Shown here piece after piece: positions 9,976 to 19,899 of a stretch of DNA of 26,830 bases. Position 1 is the first letter of the stretch. Each line of letters starts with the position of its first letter. Below the pieces are notes generated by a model, which had not been told where the DNA came from, ran no database searches, and saw only the letters and a list, made by a program, of their open reading frames with translations. A program made the position numbers and the translations under genes. Source of the stretch: Octopus sinensis (Eukaryota); the NCBI RefSeq assembly GCF_006345805.1, contig NW_021834137.1:1-26830 (forward strand), in the 5' to 3' direction.

Positions 9976-10209
9976 TTATTTCTTTATTGCCCACAAGGGG
10001 CTGAACACAGAGGAGACAAACAAGGACGGACAAAGGGATTAAGTTGATTGCATTGACCCCAGTGCGTAACTGGTACTTAATTTAATGACTCCGAAAGGAT
10101 GAAAGGCAAAGTCGATCTCAAAGAAATTTGAACTCAGAATATAAAGACTGACGAAATGCCGCTAAGCATTTTGCTAGGCGTGCTATTGATCCTGTCAGTT
10201 CGCCGCCTT
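9976..10209 (-). mobile_element. SINE group C monomer
   Basis: Head AAGGCGGCGAACTGACAG and B box GAGTTCAAATTTC on the minus strand; body homologous to 21744-21900. Confidence 0.88.
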
Positions 10210-10228
10210 CTTTCAATCCCTAATATTG

Positions 10229-10809
10229 TTTTCTATTCTAGGCACAAGGCCCGAAATTTTGGGGCAGAGGGCCAGTCGATTAGATCGACCCCAGTACGCA
10301 ACTGGTGCTTAATTTCTCGACCCCGAAAGTATGAAAGACAAAGTAGACCTCGGCGGAATTTGAACTCAGAATCTAAATATGGAGGAAATACTTATTTCTT
10401 TACTACCCACAAGGGGCTAAACACAGAGAGGACAAACAAGGAAAGACAAACGGATTAAGTCGATTATATTGACCCCAGTGCGTAGCTGGTACTTATTTAA
10501 TCGACCCCGGAAGGATGAAAGGCAAAGTCAACCTCGGCGGAATTTGAACTCAGGACGTAAAGACAGACGAAATACCTATTTCTTTACTACCCACAAGGAG
10601 CCAAACACAGAGGGGACAAACAAGGACAGACACACGGATTAAGTCGGTTACATCGACCTCAGTGCGTAACTGGTACTTATTCAATCGACCCCGAAAGGAT
10701 GAAAGGCAAAGTCGACTTCGGCGGAATTTGAACTCAGAACGCAGCGGCGGACGAAATACCGCTCAGCATTTCGCCCGGCATGCTAACGATTCTGCTAGTG
10801 CGCCGCCTT
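10229..10809 (-). mobile_element. SINE group C trimer (one head, three 184-bp units, one terminal tail)
   Basis: GGAATTTGAACTC at 10355, 10539, 10723 and AAATAC at 10386, 10570, 10754 give an exact 184-bp period. Confidence 0.9.
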
Positions 10810-11273
10810 CTTTCAATCCTTATATTAGTGGGTTTATAAACAATGTGATTGTGGATAAGAGATGGTACATTGTTGCTAATACCGATGCCAACACGAATCG
10901 AAATGCGCGCAAGTGTTCTCTCTTTTTCTGTCCACGTAGGTATTATACAAACGAACTGTTTACAAACGACACAATATAGTGTTGGCTAAAATCTATAGAT
11001 ACGTTCTTTAGCACATTATAGCAATGAAGACTTAGTACATGTAGCCTCGTTTATCACTGATTGAGTAATCACTTATCCAAGATAACACGGTACACTCAAT
11101 TATGAACTATGTTATGCTTATCACGGATTGATCTGTGACAGCACGATCACTCGAAGACTCCGCTTAAACCGAAAAAATGCGCCTCAGCAATTATCCACTG
11201 TATTCAGTTGCTCAACGGATACCGATTATCACTTGTATTTACGAGTGTATTTTATACAGGTAAAAGTAGAGAG

Positions 11274-11528
11274 GTGGATGCGCGTGGCTTAGTGGTTAGG
11301 GTGTCAGCATCATGATCGTAAAATTGTGGTTTCGATTCCTGGACTGGGCGACGCGTTGTGTTCTTGAGCAAAACACTTCATTTCACGTTGCTCCGGTCCA
11401 CTCAGCTGGCAAAAACGAGTAACGCTGCGATGGACTGGCGTCCCGTCTAGCTGGGGAACGCATACGCCATCGAAACCGGGAAATCAGGCTCATGAGCCTG
11501 GCTAGGCTTTAAAATGGGCGCATTTATT
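11274..11528 (+). mobile_element. SINE group B, head/body B2 plus tail T1
   Basis: TGGCTTAGTGGTTAGG A box, TTCGATTCC B box, CORE-like GTGTTCTTGAGCAAAACACTT, tail GAGTAACGCTGCGATGGACTGGCGTCCCG. Confidence 0.88.
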
Positions 11529-11848
11529 GTGGAGGCGCAATGGCCCAGTGGTTAGGACAGCGGACTCGCGGTCGGAGGATCGCGATTTCGATTCCCAGAC
11601 CGGGCGCTGTGTGTGTTTATTGAGCGAAAACACCTGAAAGCTCCTCGAGGCTCCGGCAGGGGGTGGTGGCGACCCCTGTTGTACTCTTTCGCCCCAACAT
11701 TCTCTCACTCCTTCTACCTGTTTCTTGAGTAACGCTGCGATAGACTGGCGTCCCGTCCAGCTGGGGGGAACACATACGCCATAGAAACCGGGAAACAGGA
11801 CCCATGAGCCTGGTTAGTCTTGAAAAGGGCGCGTAAATAAAAAATAAA
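11529..11848 (+). mobile_element. SINE group B, head/body B1 plus tail T1, directly tandem to the previous copy
   Basis: Head shared with 7234; tail shared with 11418-11528; A-rich end. Confidence 0.88.
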
Positions 11849-12099
11849 GCAGAGACTATGAAGATGATACGTGGTGGGAGAAGCATCGTAGCTGTGGGGC
11901 AGTGAGTTTGGTGTCAATGAATCATTACATTTATAAAGCGCGTGGTGATGATTCATTTATCACTGATGTTGTTTTCTATTGTCTTTCCTTGAAACTGAAT
12001 CCGTGTGATAAATGAGGATAGATGTATTTCAAAGGTTTTGCATTGCTGAGCTCAAGACGAAGCGGGATCAAATGTTGGTGATTTTATTAGTGATAATGA

Positions 12100-12770
12100 T
12101 TGAGATATCGGTGTCAGTGGTGGTGATGGCTTGAGCCATGGTAGTGCGAATGTGTTGGTAGTGGTAGAAGTGGTGCTAGTGATAGAAGTGGTGGTGGAGG
12201 TGGTGGTGGCGGCAATGGTTCGGGTGATAGTTGAGATGGTAGAGTAAGTGGTGAGAGAAAGGAATTAACAATGGTGTGATGGCGACACAGAACGTGATAA
12301 TGGAGTGGTGGCATCGGTGGTGGTGGTAGTGGTTGTGGTGGTGGTTGTGGTGGTGGCTGTGGTGGTGGAGGTGGTTGTAGTGGTGGTGGTGGTGGTGGTG
12401 CTGCTGCTGCTGCTGTTCATGGTACTGGTGGTTTTGATTGTGTTGTTGTTGTTGTTGTTAGTAGTGGTGGTGGTGGTGATGGTGGTGGTAACCAAGATGG
12501 TGGTGCGGTGGAGGTCCAGGTGGTAGCGATGGTAGTAACGAGGTGATGGTGGTGATGGTGGTGATAGTCGTGATCGAGGTGGTGGAGGTGCTGCTACTGC
12601 TGCTGTCGGTGGCGACGTAAGATGTAATGGTTGCACAGGTGTTCACATTACACAGCTATATTCTTAATTACCAACACCGCTACCGTCACCGCGAATACCA
12701 CCACCACCACCACTACCAACAGCAACAACAACAACAACAACATCGTTTTCGTCGTCATCGTCGTCGTCTC
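12100..12770. repeat. (GGT)n/(GTT)n low-complexity tract switching to (ACC)n/(AAC)n
   Basis: Seen directly; strand switch near 12640-12670. Confidence 0.92.
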
Positions 12771-13221
12771 TAATTTATTTTATTTCATTTACCTCCATTT
12801 TCTCATTAACAACATTTTAAATACGGCAAATGTCGACATTAATGTATCTGGAGCTTAGCAAGACAAACTGAATGATGACATATCACGAATCATTAAGCTT
12901 AATCAAAAAGATTAAATGGCCGAACTGCGAAGATATAACACCGCCTCTTTGCTTCATCCTCTTTGGTGATCAGTCATCGTTGATTACGACGGTTCAGGAG
13001 GGCAGCTTTGGTTAGAAGAGAAGTCTAATGTACGAGCTGAGATTGGAGCACTCTAGGTCGCGACGCTGTCCAATGCTATCAGAGAACAACAGTTGAGATA
13101 CGAGCTGTCGTGAAGGTCCCAACACAGTCGCCTAACCTGCTAGAAATAACTGCTAAATCTTACTTAAATCGTATCACAGTCTATAATTTTTCAAAAAATG
13201 AAAAATGCATTAGATAATTTC

Positions 13222-13352
13222 TCCGTCCATCCATCCATCCTTTTCTCCCACTGTTCCTACGAGGGTGGTGGTGGTGGAGGCCCTCAGACACCCCATCTGT
13301 AGGGTCCAATCAGAAGCAACTGCCATTACACGTTCCGGCTAATATAGCATGA
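13222..13352 (-). repeat. Unclassified dispersed repeat, copy 2, ending in (GGAT)n on the minus strand
   Basis: About 70% similar by eye to 9820-9942; CCGTCCATCCATCCATCC at 13223-13240. Confidence 0.6.
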
Positions 13353-13354
13353 TA

Positions 13355-13673
13355 TTACTCTTTTACTCTTTTACTTGTTTCAGTCGTTTGACTGTGGCCA
13401 TGCTGGAGCACCGCCTTTAGTCGAGCAAATCGAACCCAAGACTTATTTTTTGTAAGCCTAGTACTTATTCTATCGGTCTCTTTTGCCGAACCGCTAAGTA
13501 ACGGGGACGTAAACTCAATTGCATCGGTTGTCAAGCGATGTTGGGGGAGGGACAAACACACACATATATTTATATATACATATATACGACGGGCTTCTTT
13601 CAGTTTCCGTCTAGCAAATCCACTCAGAAGGCTTTGGTCGGCTCGAGGCTATAGTAGAAGACACTTGCCCAAG
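13355..13673 (-). mobile_element. SINE group A, 5'-truncated (no tRNA head)
   Basis: Tail to CORE-like block present; homology stops at ACACTTGCCCAAG. Confidence 0.92.
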
Positions 13674-13691
13674 ATATCTATCCATATCCTT

Positions 13692-13994
13692 AGTAGTAGT
13701 AGTAGTAGTGGTGGTGGTGGTGGTGGTGGTGGTGGTGGTGGTGGTGGTGGTGGTGGTGTGGTGGTGGTGGTAGAAGTAGTAGGAGGAGGAGGGAGGGAGG
13801 GGGAAGAGGAAGGAGGAGGAAGAACAAGAGGGGTGGAAGAGGGGGAGGGGGAGAAGGGGGAGGTGGAAGAATGGGGAGGGGGAGGAGGAGGAGGAGGATC
13901 GGAGAGGAGTAGGATAGAAATTGCAGAATATTGTTTTGCGATGTTATTCTTGGGGATACTTTCAGTATCCACTCACACACACGCACACACACAA

Positions 13995-14034
<40 letters not shown>

Positions 14035-14040
14035 ACACGT
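13692..14040. repeat. (AGT)n-(GGT)n-(GGA)n, 42-bp core, (CA)n composite; copy 1
   Basis: Core 13915-13956 is 39/42 identical to 16837-16878. Confidence 0.85.
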
Positions 14041-14384
14041 ATGAATATCCAGGGCAGCACTGCTTTGTGCCAAAGATCTTGTCTTCTTTATCTGTCCAAC
14101 TCGCTACTTCAGCAGAAATAATACAGAAAAGAAAGTCAACCACACTGAAAGACGGAGCTCCAGCATGACCTCAGCCTCTAGCTGAAACCAGTAAGGATAA
14201 TAGATAAGATATGCAATTAAGGTAGTATTTAATGAAATCGTCATCTGTTACATAGATGTTTTTCTTTAATTAAATACAGCTTAAATTGTGTATAGCGGAT
14301 TGTTCTTTAATATATTTTGGGTTTGAAAGCAAAATGGCGACAGAGTCAAATCTTGGACGTTTTTCATTGGTCAATGATGTAGAG

Positions 14385-15120
14385 CAGAGGTTCTCAACCA
14401 TTTTTTTTATCCATGGATACTATTTTATTCTGGTGTACCGCCATAGCCATTTGATGTTTAAAAACTTGTTTTATAGAAACTTCTTTCAAAATTCCTGTTT
14501 AGTTTTTCACACATTAACTTGTGTAGGCTGAACTCTTTTACTCTTATACTTCTTTCAGTCATTTGACTGTGGCCATGCTGGAGCAACACATTTTAGTCGA
14601 GCAAATCGACCCCAGGACTTATTCTTTGTAAGCCTAGTACTTATTCTATCGGGCTCTTTTGCCGAGCCGCTAAGTAACGGGGACATAAACACACCAGCAT
14701 CGGTTGTCAAGCGATGTTGGGGACAAACACGGACACACAAACACACACACACACATACACACACACATATATATATATATATATACATATATATGACGGG
14801 CTTCTTTTCAGTTTCCGTCTACCAAATACACTCACAAGGCTTTGGTTGGCCCGAGGCTATAGTAGAAGACACTTGCCCAAGGTGCCACACAGTGGGACTG
14901 AACCCGGTACCATGTGGTTGGTAAGCAAGCTACTTACCACACAGCCACTCCTGCGCCTAAATGTAAAATATTAGATAGAGAAAGAAAGAGAGAAAAAGAG
15001 AGGAATATCTGTTTCTTGCAATACATACCAATACATACATCTAAAGCAAAATTCTTTCAGGGTCCTTAAAATATCATTGCCGACCCCTAATTTACTATGA
15101 ACCTCGGTTGAAAATCACTG
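14385..15120. mobile_element. hAT (Charlie-like) MITE of ~310 bp, interrupted by a SINE
   Basis: TIRs CAGAGGTTCTCAACC and GGTTGAAAATCACTG (12/15); 8-bp TSD ATGTAGAG and ATGAAGAG (7/8). Confidence 0.8.
14533..14957 (-). mobile_element. SINE group A, full length
   Basis: Complete head (GGCGCAGGAGTGGCTGTGTGG) to (TAAAAGAG)-type tail. Confidence 0.95.
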
Positions 15121-15251
15121 ATGAAGAGAGAACTATAAGGCAAACTCAAGCTAGTTGCTCTACCTGCTTGAAAAATAGCAGCCAAGTTTCCATCACTTTG
15201 CAACTAAAAGTCTTAAAATGGAAGCGCTCGCACAACTCTCTCTCTCTCTCT

Positions 15252-15301
<50 letters not shown>

Positions 15302-15317
15302 CCCCCCCCACACACAC

Positions 15318-15685
15318 GGAGTGGCTGTGTTGTAAGTAGCTTGCTTACCAACCACATGGTTCCGGGTTCAGTCCCACTGCGTGGAACCTTGGGCAAGTGT
15401 CTTCTACTATAGCCTCGGGCCGACCAAAGCCTTGTGAGTGGATTTGGTGGACGGAAACTGAAAGAAACCCGCCGGATATATACTCTTACTCTTTACTCTT
15501 TTACTCTTTTACTTGTTTCAGTTATTTGACTGCGGCCATGCTGGAGCACCGCCTTTAGTCGAGCAAATCGACCCCGGGACTTATTCTTTGTAAGCCCAGT
15601 ACTTATTCTATCGATCTCTTTTTGCCGAACCGCTAAGTGACGGGGACGTAAAAACACCAGCAGGGGGACAAACACAGACACACAA

Positions 15686-15722
<37 letters not shown>

Positions 15723-15883
15723 ACAGGCTTCTTTCAGTTTCCGTCTACCAAATCCACTCACAAGGCATTGGTCGGCCCGGGGCTATAGCAGAAGACACTT
15801 GCCCAAGGTGCCACGCAGTGGGACTGAACCCGGAGCCATGAGGTTGGTTAGCAAGCTACTTACCACACAGCCACTCCTGCGCC

Positions 15884-15980
<97 letters not shown>

Positions 15981-16200
15981 GTGTGTGTGTGGGCATGTTT
16001 GTGTGTCTGTGTTTGTCCCCCCGCAGCATCGCTTGACAACCGATGCTGGTGTGTTTACGTCCCCGAAACTTAGTGGTTCGGCAAAAGAGACCAATAGAAT
16101 AAGTACTAGGCTTACAAAGAATAAGTCCTGGGGTCGATTTGCTCGACTAATGGCGGTGCTCCAGCATGGCCACAGTCACATGGCTGAAACAAATAAAATA
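15318..16200 (+). mobile_element. SINE group A host copy split at its internal (TA)n
   Basis: 5' half at 15318-15482; 3' half at 15884-16200. Confidence 0.92.
15483..15883 (-). mobile_element. SINE group A, full length, nested antisense inside the previous copy
   Basis: Complete element flanked by TATATA on both sides; small internal deletion near 15662. Confidence 0.93.
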
Positions 16201-16729
16201 TATATATATACTCAAACTCACATATACATTGGTGTAATTGATCCTAAGAAAAGATAACTGGATGGTTACGATTGGAACGCTTTTGATTACATCATAGGTA
16301 TTTTTCTCAATCAGTGCTAAACTGAGGCTAACAACTAACACCACCAACTTCACCAACGCCATCATCAGTAAAAGTTAATATAATCCTAGACACTGGATAA
16401 CCTGAGGAGTTGGAGTGAAAAAAAAACACTAAATGGTCACAGATAAAATGTTTCATCATTATAAGTTGTTGGATTTTTCTTTTAATAATCAAGGCAAACA
16501 AAAAAAAAAAACTCTTTCATAAATAAATGCATAAATAAATGAAAGAACTGGAAAAAAAGAAATGATTAATTCGCTAATTTTAATGAACTATCATGGCGGA
16601 CAAGAAACCGGCCTAAGGTGGTAAGGGTGTTGTATTAATTAATATGGTGCGTAAAAACAGACTTGAAAAAGAGCTGTTTTTGTCTGGCTAAAAATTATTA
16701 GTTAACATCCATTCAAATTATTGTCATTA

Positions 16730-16751
16730 TTATTATTATTATTATTATTAT

Positions 16752-16792
<41 letters not shown>

Positions 16793-17363
16793 TAGTAGTA
16801 GTAGTAGGAGGAGGAGGAGGAGGAGGACGAGGAGGTTAGAAATTGCAGAAGATTGTTTTGCGATGTTTTGCTTGGGGAACATTTTTTTTAAAACTCAAAA
16901 CCGAAATTACCAACAGATATTTTGTATCATTTAATCTCCACTTAAACACACACACACGCCCACACAAACACACACACACACGCACACACACACACACACA
17001 CACACATCATAAACATACTTATTTAACTCCTCACCCAACACACGAACAAGCACACACACATCCAAAGGCACACATCGATAGTATGCACATATACAAACAT
17101 ATACTCACGCACTCACAAATACAATACATATACATACACTGAGGCACATACAGACGCAAAACACATATGCATAATTTTTTAACAGCTACCTCGAAAAATA
17201 TGCACACACATTCACACACACCCGCTCATGCACACACACACACACATTCACACACACCCGCTCATGCACACACACACACACATTCACATACATACACAGA
17301 AACACACACACACACACACTTGCACACACATATACATACCGAACACACACTCATACAAGCACA

Positions 17364-17417
<54 letters not shown>

Positions 17418-17420
17418 ATA
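16730..17420. repeat. (ATT)n-(AGT)n-(GGA)n, 42-bp core, (CA)n-rich composite; copy 2
   Basis: Core at 16837-16878; downstream CA-rich tract includes a duplicated CACCCGCTCATGCAC block. Confidence 0.85.
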
Positions 17421-17621
17421 CACATATTCAATATGCAACGGCTCCGCTTCCAAATCACAAAGGCATATTCGTACATACAGACAAGGAGGGGCCTATGTAG
17501 TCACGTGTCTCTTAGCCTCAGCCCCCAGTGGAGAATCCGGATTGTAAGAGCTCGAGATAGAGGACGAGATGCACCGACACTTTCACTCACGCATACAGGC
17601 ACATACATTCACACAGATATG

Positions 17622-18003
17622 CTCTACTCTCTTCTACTCTTTTACTTGTTTCAATCATTTGACTGTGGCCATGCTGGAGCACCGCCTTTAGTCGAGCATA
17701 TCGCCCCCAGGACTTATTCATTGTAAGCCTAGTACTTACTCTATCTGTCTCTTTTGCCGAATTGCTAAGTTACGGGGACGTAAACACACCAGCATCGGTT
17801 GTCAAGCAATGTTGGGGGCACAAACAAAGACACATAAACATATACACACACATACATACATATATAAATACATATATGCGACGGGCTTCTTTCAGTTTCT
17901 GTCTACCAAATCCACTCACAAGGCTTTGGTCGGCCCGAGGCCATAGGAGAAGCTACTTGCTCAAGGTGCCATGCAGTGGGACTGAACCTGGAACCATGTG
18001 GTT
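17622..18003 (-). mobile_element. SINE group A lacking the first ~35 nt
   Basis: Tail through B box; ends at GGAACCATGTGGTT. Confidence 0.92.
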
Positions 18004-18039
18004 ATATATAAGCACATACATATTTACACATATATAAGC

Positions 18040-18230
18040 ATGTACATATATACACATGCAGGCATATGAACACACCGTACATACATTTGTAGTCACACAT
18101 ATACGCATACATGCATACATACATGCACATACATACATACATACATACGTACATACATACATACATACATACATACATACATACATACATACATACATAC
18201 ATACATGCATACATACATACATACATACAT
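18040..18230. repeat. (CATA)n microsatellite
   Basis: Seen directly. Confidence 0.95.
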
Positions 18231-18236
18231 GAGTAA

Positions 18237-18530
18237 GTAGTAGAAATTAGCTGCCCAGTGGATGTTAAGGTAAAACTTAAGATCAGTGGAAAAGAGAATT
18301 CATACGCTGAACAATTGAGAAATCTGCAGTAACTCCATCCGGATTACAGATTCAGGATTATACCTGTAATTATTGGGGCACTGGGATATGTAACACACTG
18401 TCCAAATACCAATCTTGAGAAATTAGGTTTCTCAAAACCAGAAAGGAGAAAGCTGGTTCGAAGACTACAGATCCAATTTATCACTAGAACTGTAAAAATC
18501 TGTAGAGCTTTTCAGAAGTTTATCATTTAA
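18237..18530 (+). mobile_element. R4/Dong-like LINE, RLE C-terminus (98 codons, one internal stop)
   Basis: VVEISCPVDVKVKLKISGKENSYAEQLRNLQ*LHPDYRFRIIPVIIGALGYVTHCPNTNLEKLGFSKPERRKLVRRLQIQFITRTVKICRAFQKFII*; the E..CP.D...K..EK...Y and IPVIIGALG motifs are typical of R4-clade RLE domains. Confidence 0.85.
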
Positions 18531-18544
18531 GTATACTAGCGAAT

Positions 18545-19010
18545 CTACCCATCTACGATGGAGGCAAAAACTTAGGGTGGGAAGTCATAACAGCAGTATG
18601 TATTGATAAATGTGTAAATGGACTTGAGAGATTACTGGGTGATGTCTTAGAGAAATCACATTATTGTTGGTGATACAGCATTCTATTGCAGTTATATAAC
18701 TGCATTTATATATTGATTTTTGCTGATGATCTCTCATACAGCCCCCAAATATTTTTCCTGATGATCTCCTATACAACCCCAAAATAGCTGGGCGCTCTTA
18801 CTTCAGAGAAGACCTGGATGGAAAGCATTCAGCATACAAAAAAAGCTATGCATGGATGTGTTACCCAGAAGCTTGAAGAAGACAGTAGAATTGACACGAA
18901 GCACAGCCTCTCATGGACACAAGACCATTACATCACATCACACTTTGAAGCCAATGCGTTTGCAATCCAGGAACAGGAGATTGCCACAAAGTACCTGGTG
19001 AACAAGAGAG
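18545..19010 (+). mobile_element. R4/Dong-like LINE, post-RT region preceding the zinc knuckle
   Basis: KAMHGCVTQKLEEDSRIDTKHSLSW...ITSHFEANAFAIQEQEIATKYLVNKR (AIQEQ at 18962) matches the HG..D...S..W...AxQDQ...T..Y block. The 5' part (possible RIY..GG..L near 18545-18580) is weak. Confidence 0.7.
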
Positions 19011-19899
19011 ATAGTGACGCTCTAGCAATCCCAAGGTGATTATAGTGAATGAGACGTACACAGAACTGCACTCGCTTTTCAAATAAAAGTTTCTCTCCCG
19101 GTTGCCCAGCATTGTCTAGAACGACCAGAAGCTGCACGATCATCAAGTTTTATGTAAGAGTATCTTTGGCCGAGACAGAAGTTCTGACAAGAAGGGACCA
19201 TCACGCCCAATTGATCTTGTTTGCGCTTCGATAATTAGTTTCGCTGGAATAAAAATATAACTTGGAAATGTTCTTAACGATGTATAAGTAAGTATAAAAT
19301 TAAGCTTACTTCTCTTTCAACACAACTAATGAACTATAAACAAAAAATGGTTTCCTCTTAGTAAAATTCTTTCACCTTCTCACCTTTCTCTCATCCAAAT
19401 TATTTCTTCCTTCCTCCCTCTCTTCCATAATGAATAATATAATGTTAGTTTTAAAACCTTAGTAACTTCGTACCAACGCCAAACAACATAGTGCTTATGA
19501 ACTGCTGTTATTTGTTTTTTAGTGACGTTGAAGAAACATACTCAAGCTACTTAAAGTTTAATATATAATCTTTAAGTATACTGTAGGCCTGTATCTTTTT
19601 CTAAACTGTGTTTCATTGTTTCTTGGTAATTAAATACTATTATCTAGAACATCAAGCTAAGCGCCAATTTTTTCTTTTTCTTTTTCGCTTTTTTTTTGAC
19701 ATGATAACAAGAGTTTTCTTGTGGGATGTGAGCGAGCTTTCTATATCAATATCCAGCTATTACGCAACACCCGTCCATTTCGACGGTTTTGCAGCAAGTA
19801 GCAAGAGTTTCACCAATGATGCCGTTGCTTTAGGATTGGTTCTTGTACATTATTCCCTTCAGAACTAATTTAAATCATTGCAGTTGTGCTGCTTATTTG

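Noticed and set aside
9976-10809. Regularly spaced 184-bp repeats as a CRISPR-like or tRNA array
   Set aside because: The units are homologous over their whole length (no unique spacers), match SINE C elsewhere in the window, and lack a full cloverleaf.
11274-11620. tRNA genes suggested by A and B boxes
   Set aside because: The boxes run into SINE bodies; no acceptor stem or complete cloverleaf.
12114-14168. Pro-, Thr-, His- and Gly-rich ORFs resembling mucins or extensins
   Set aside because: Trinucleotide low-complexity tracts open in several frames on both strands, with no splice structure.
16147-16365. Signal-peptide-like MMALVKLVVLVVSLSLA
   Set aside because: Derived from a (GGT)-like tract plus old repeat family O on the minus strand, ending in a SINE tail.
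16593-16630. Kozak-like ATGGCGGACAAGAAACCGGCC near a GTAAG
   Set aside because: In-frame TAA after seven codons, before any donor site.
971-18003. Minus-strand bias of group A SINEs (five minus versus four plus copies or fragments)
   Set aside because: Counts are too small to indicate host transcription direction.
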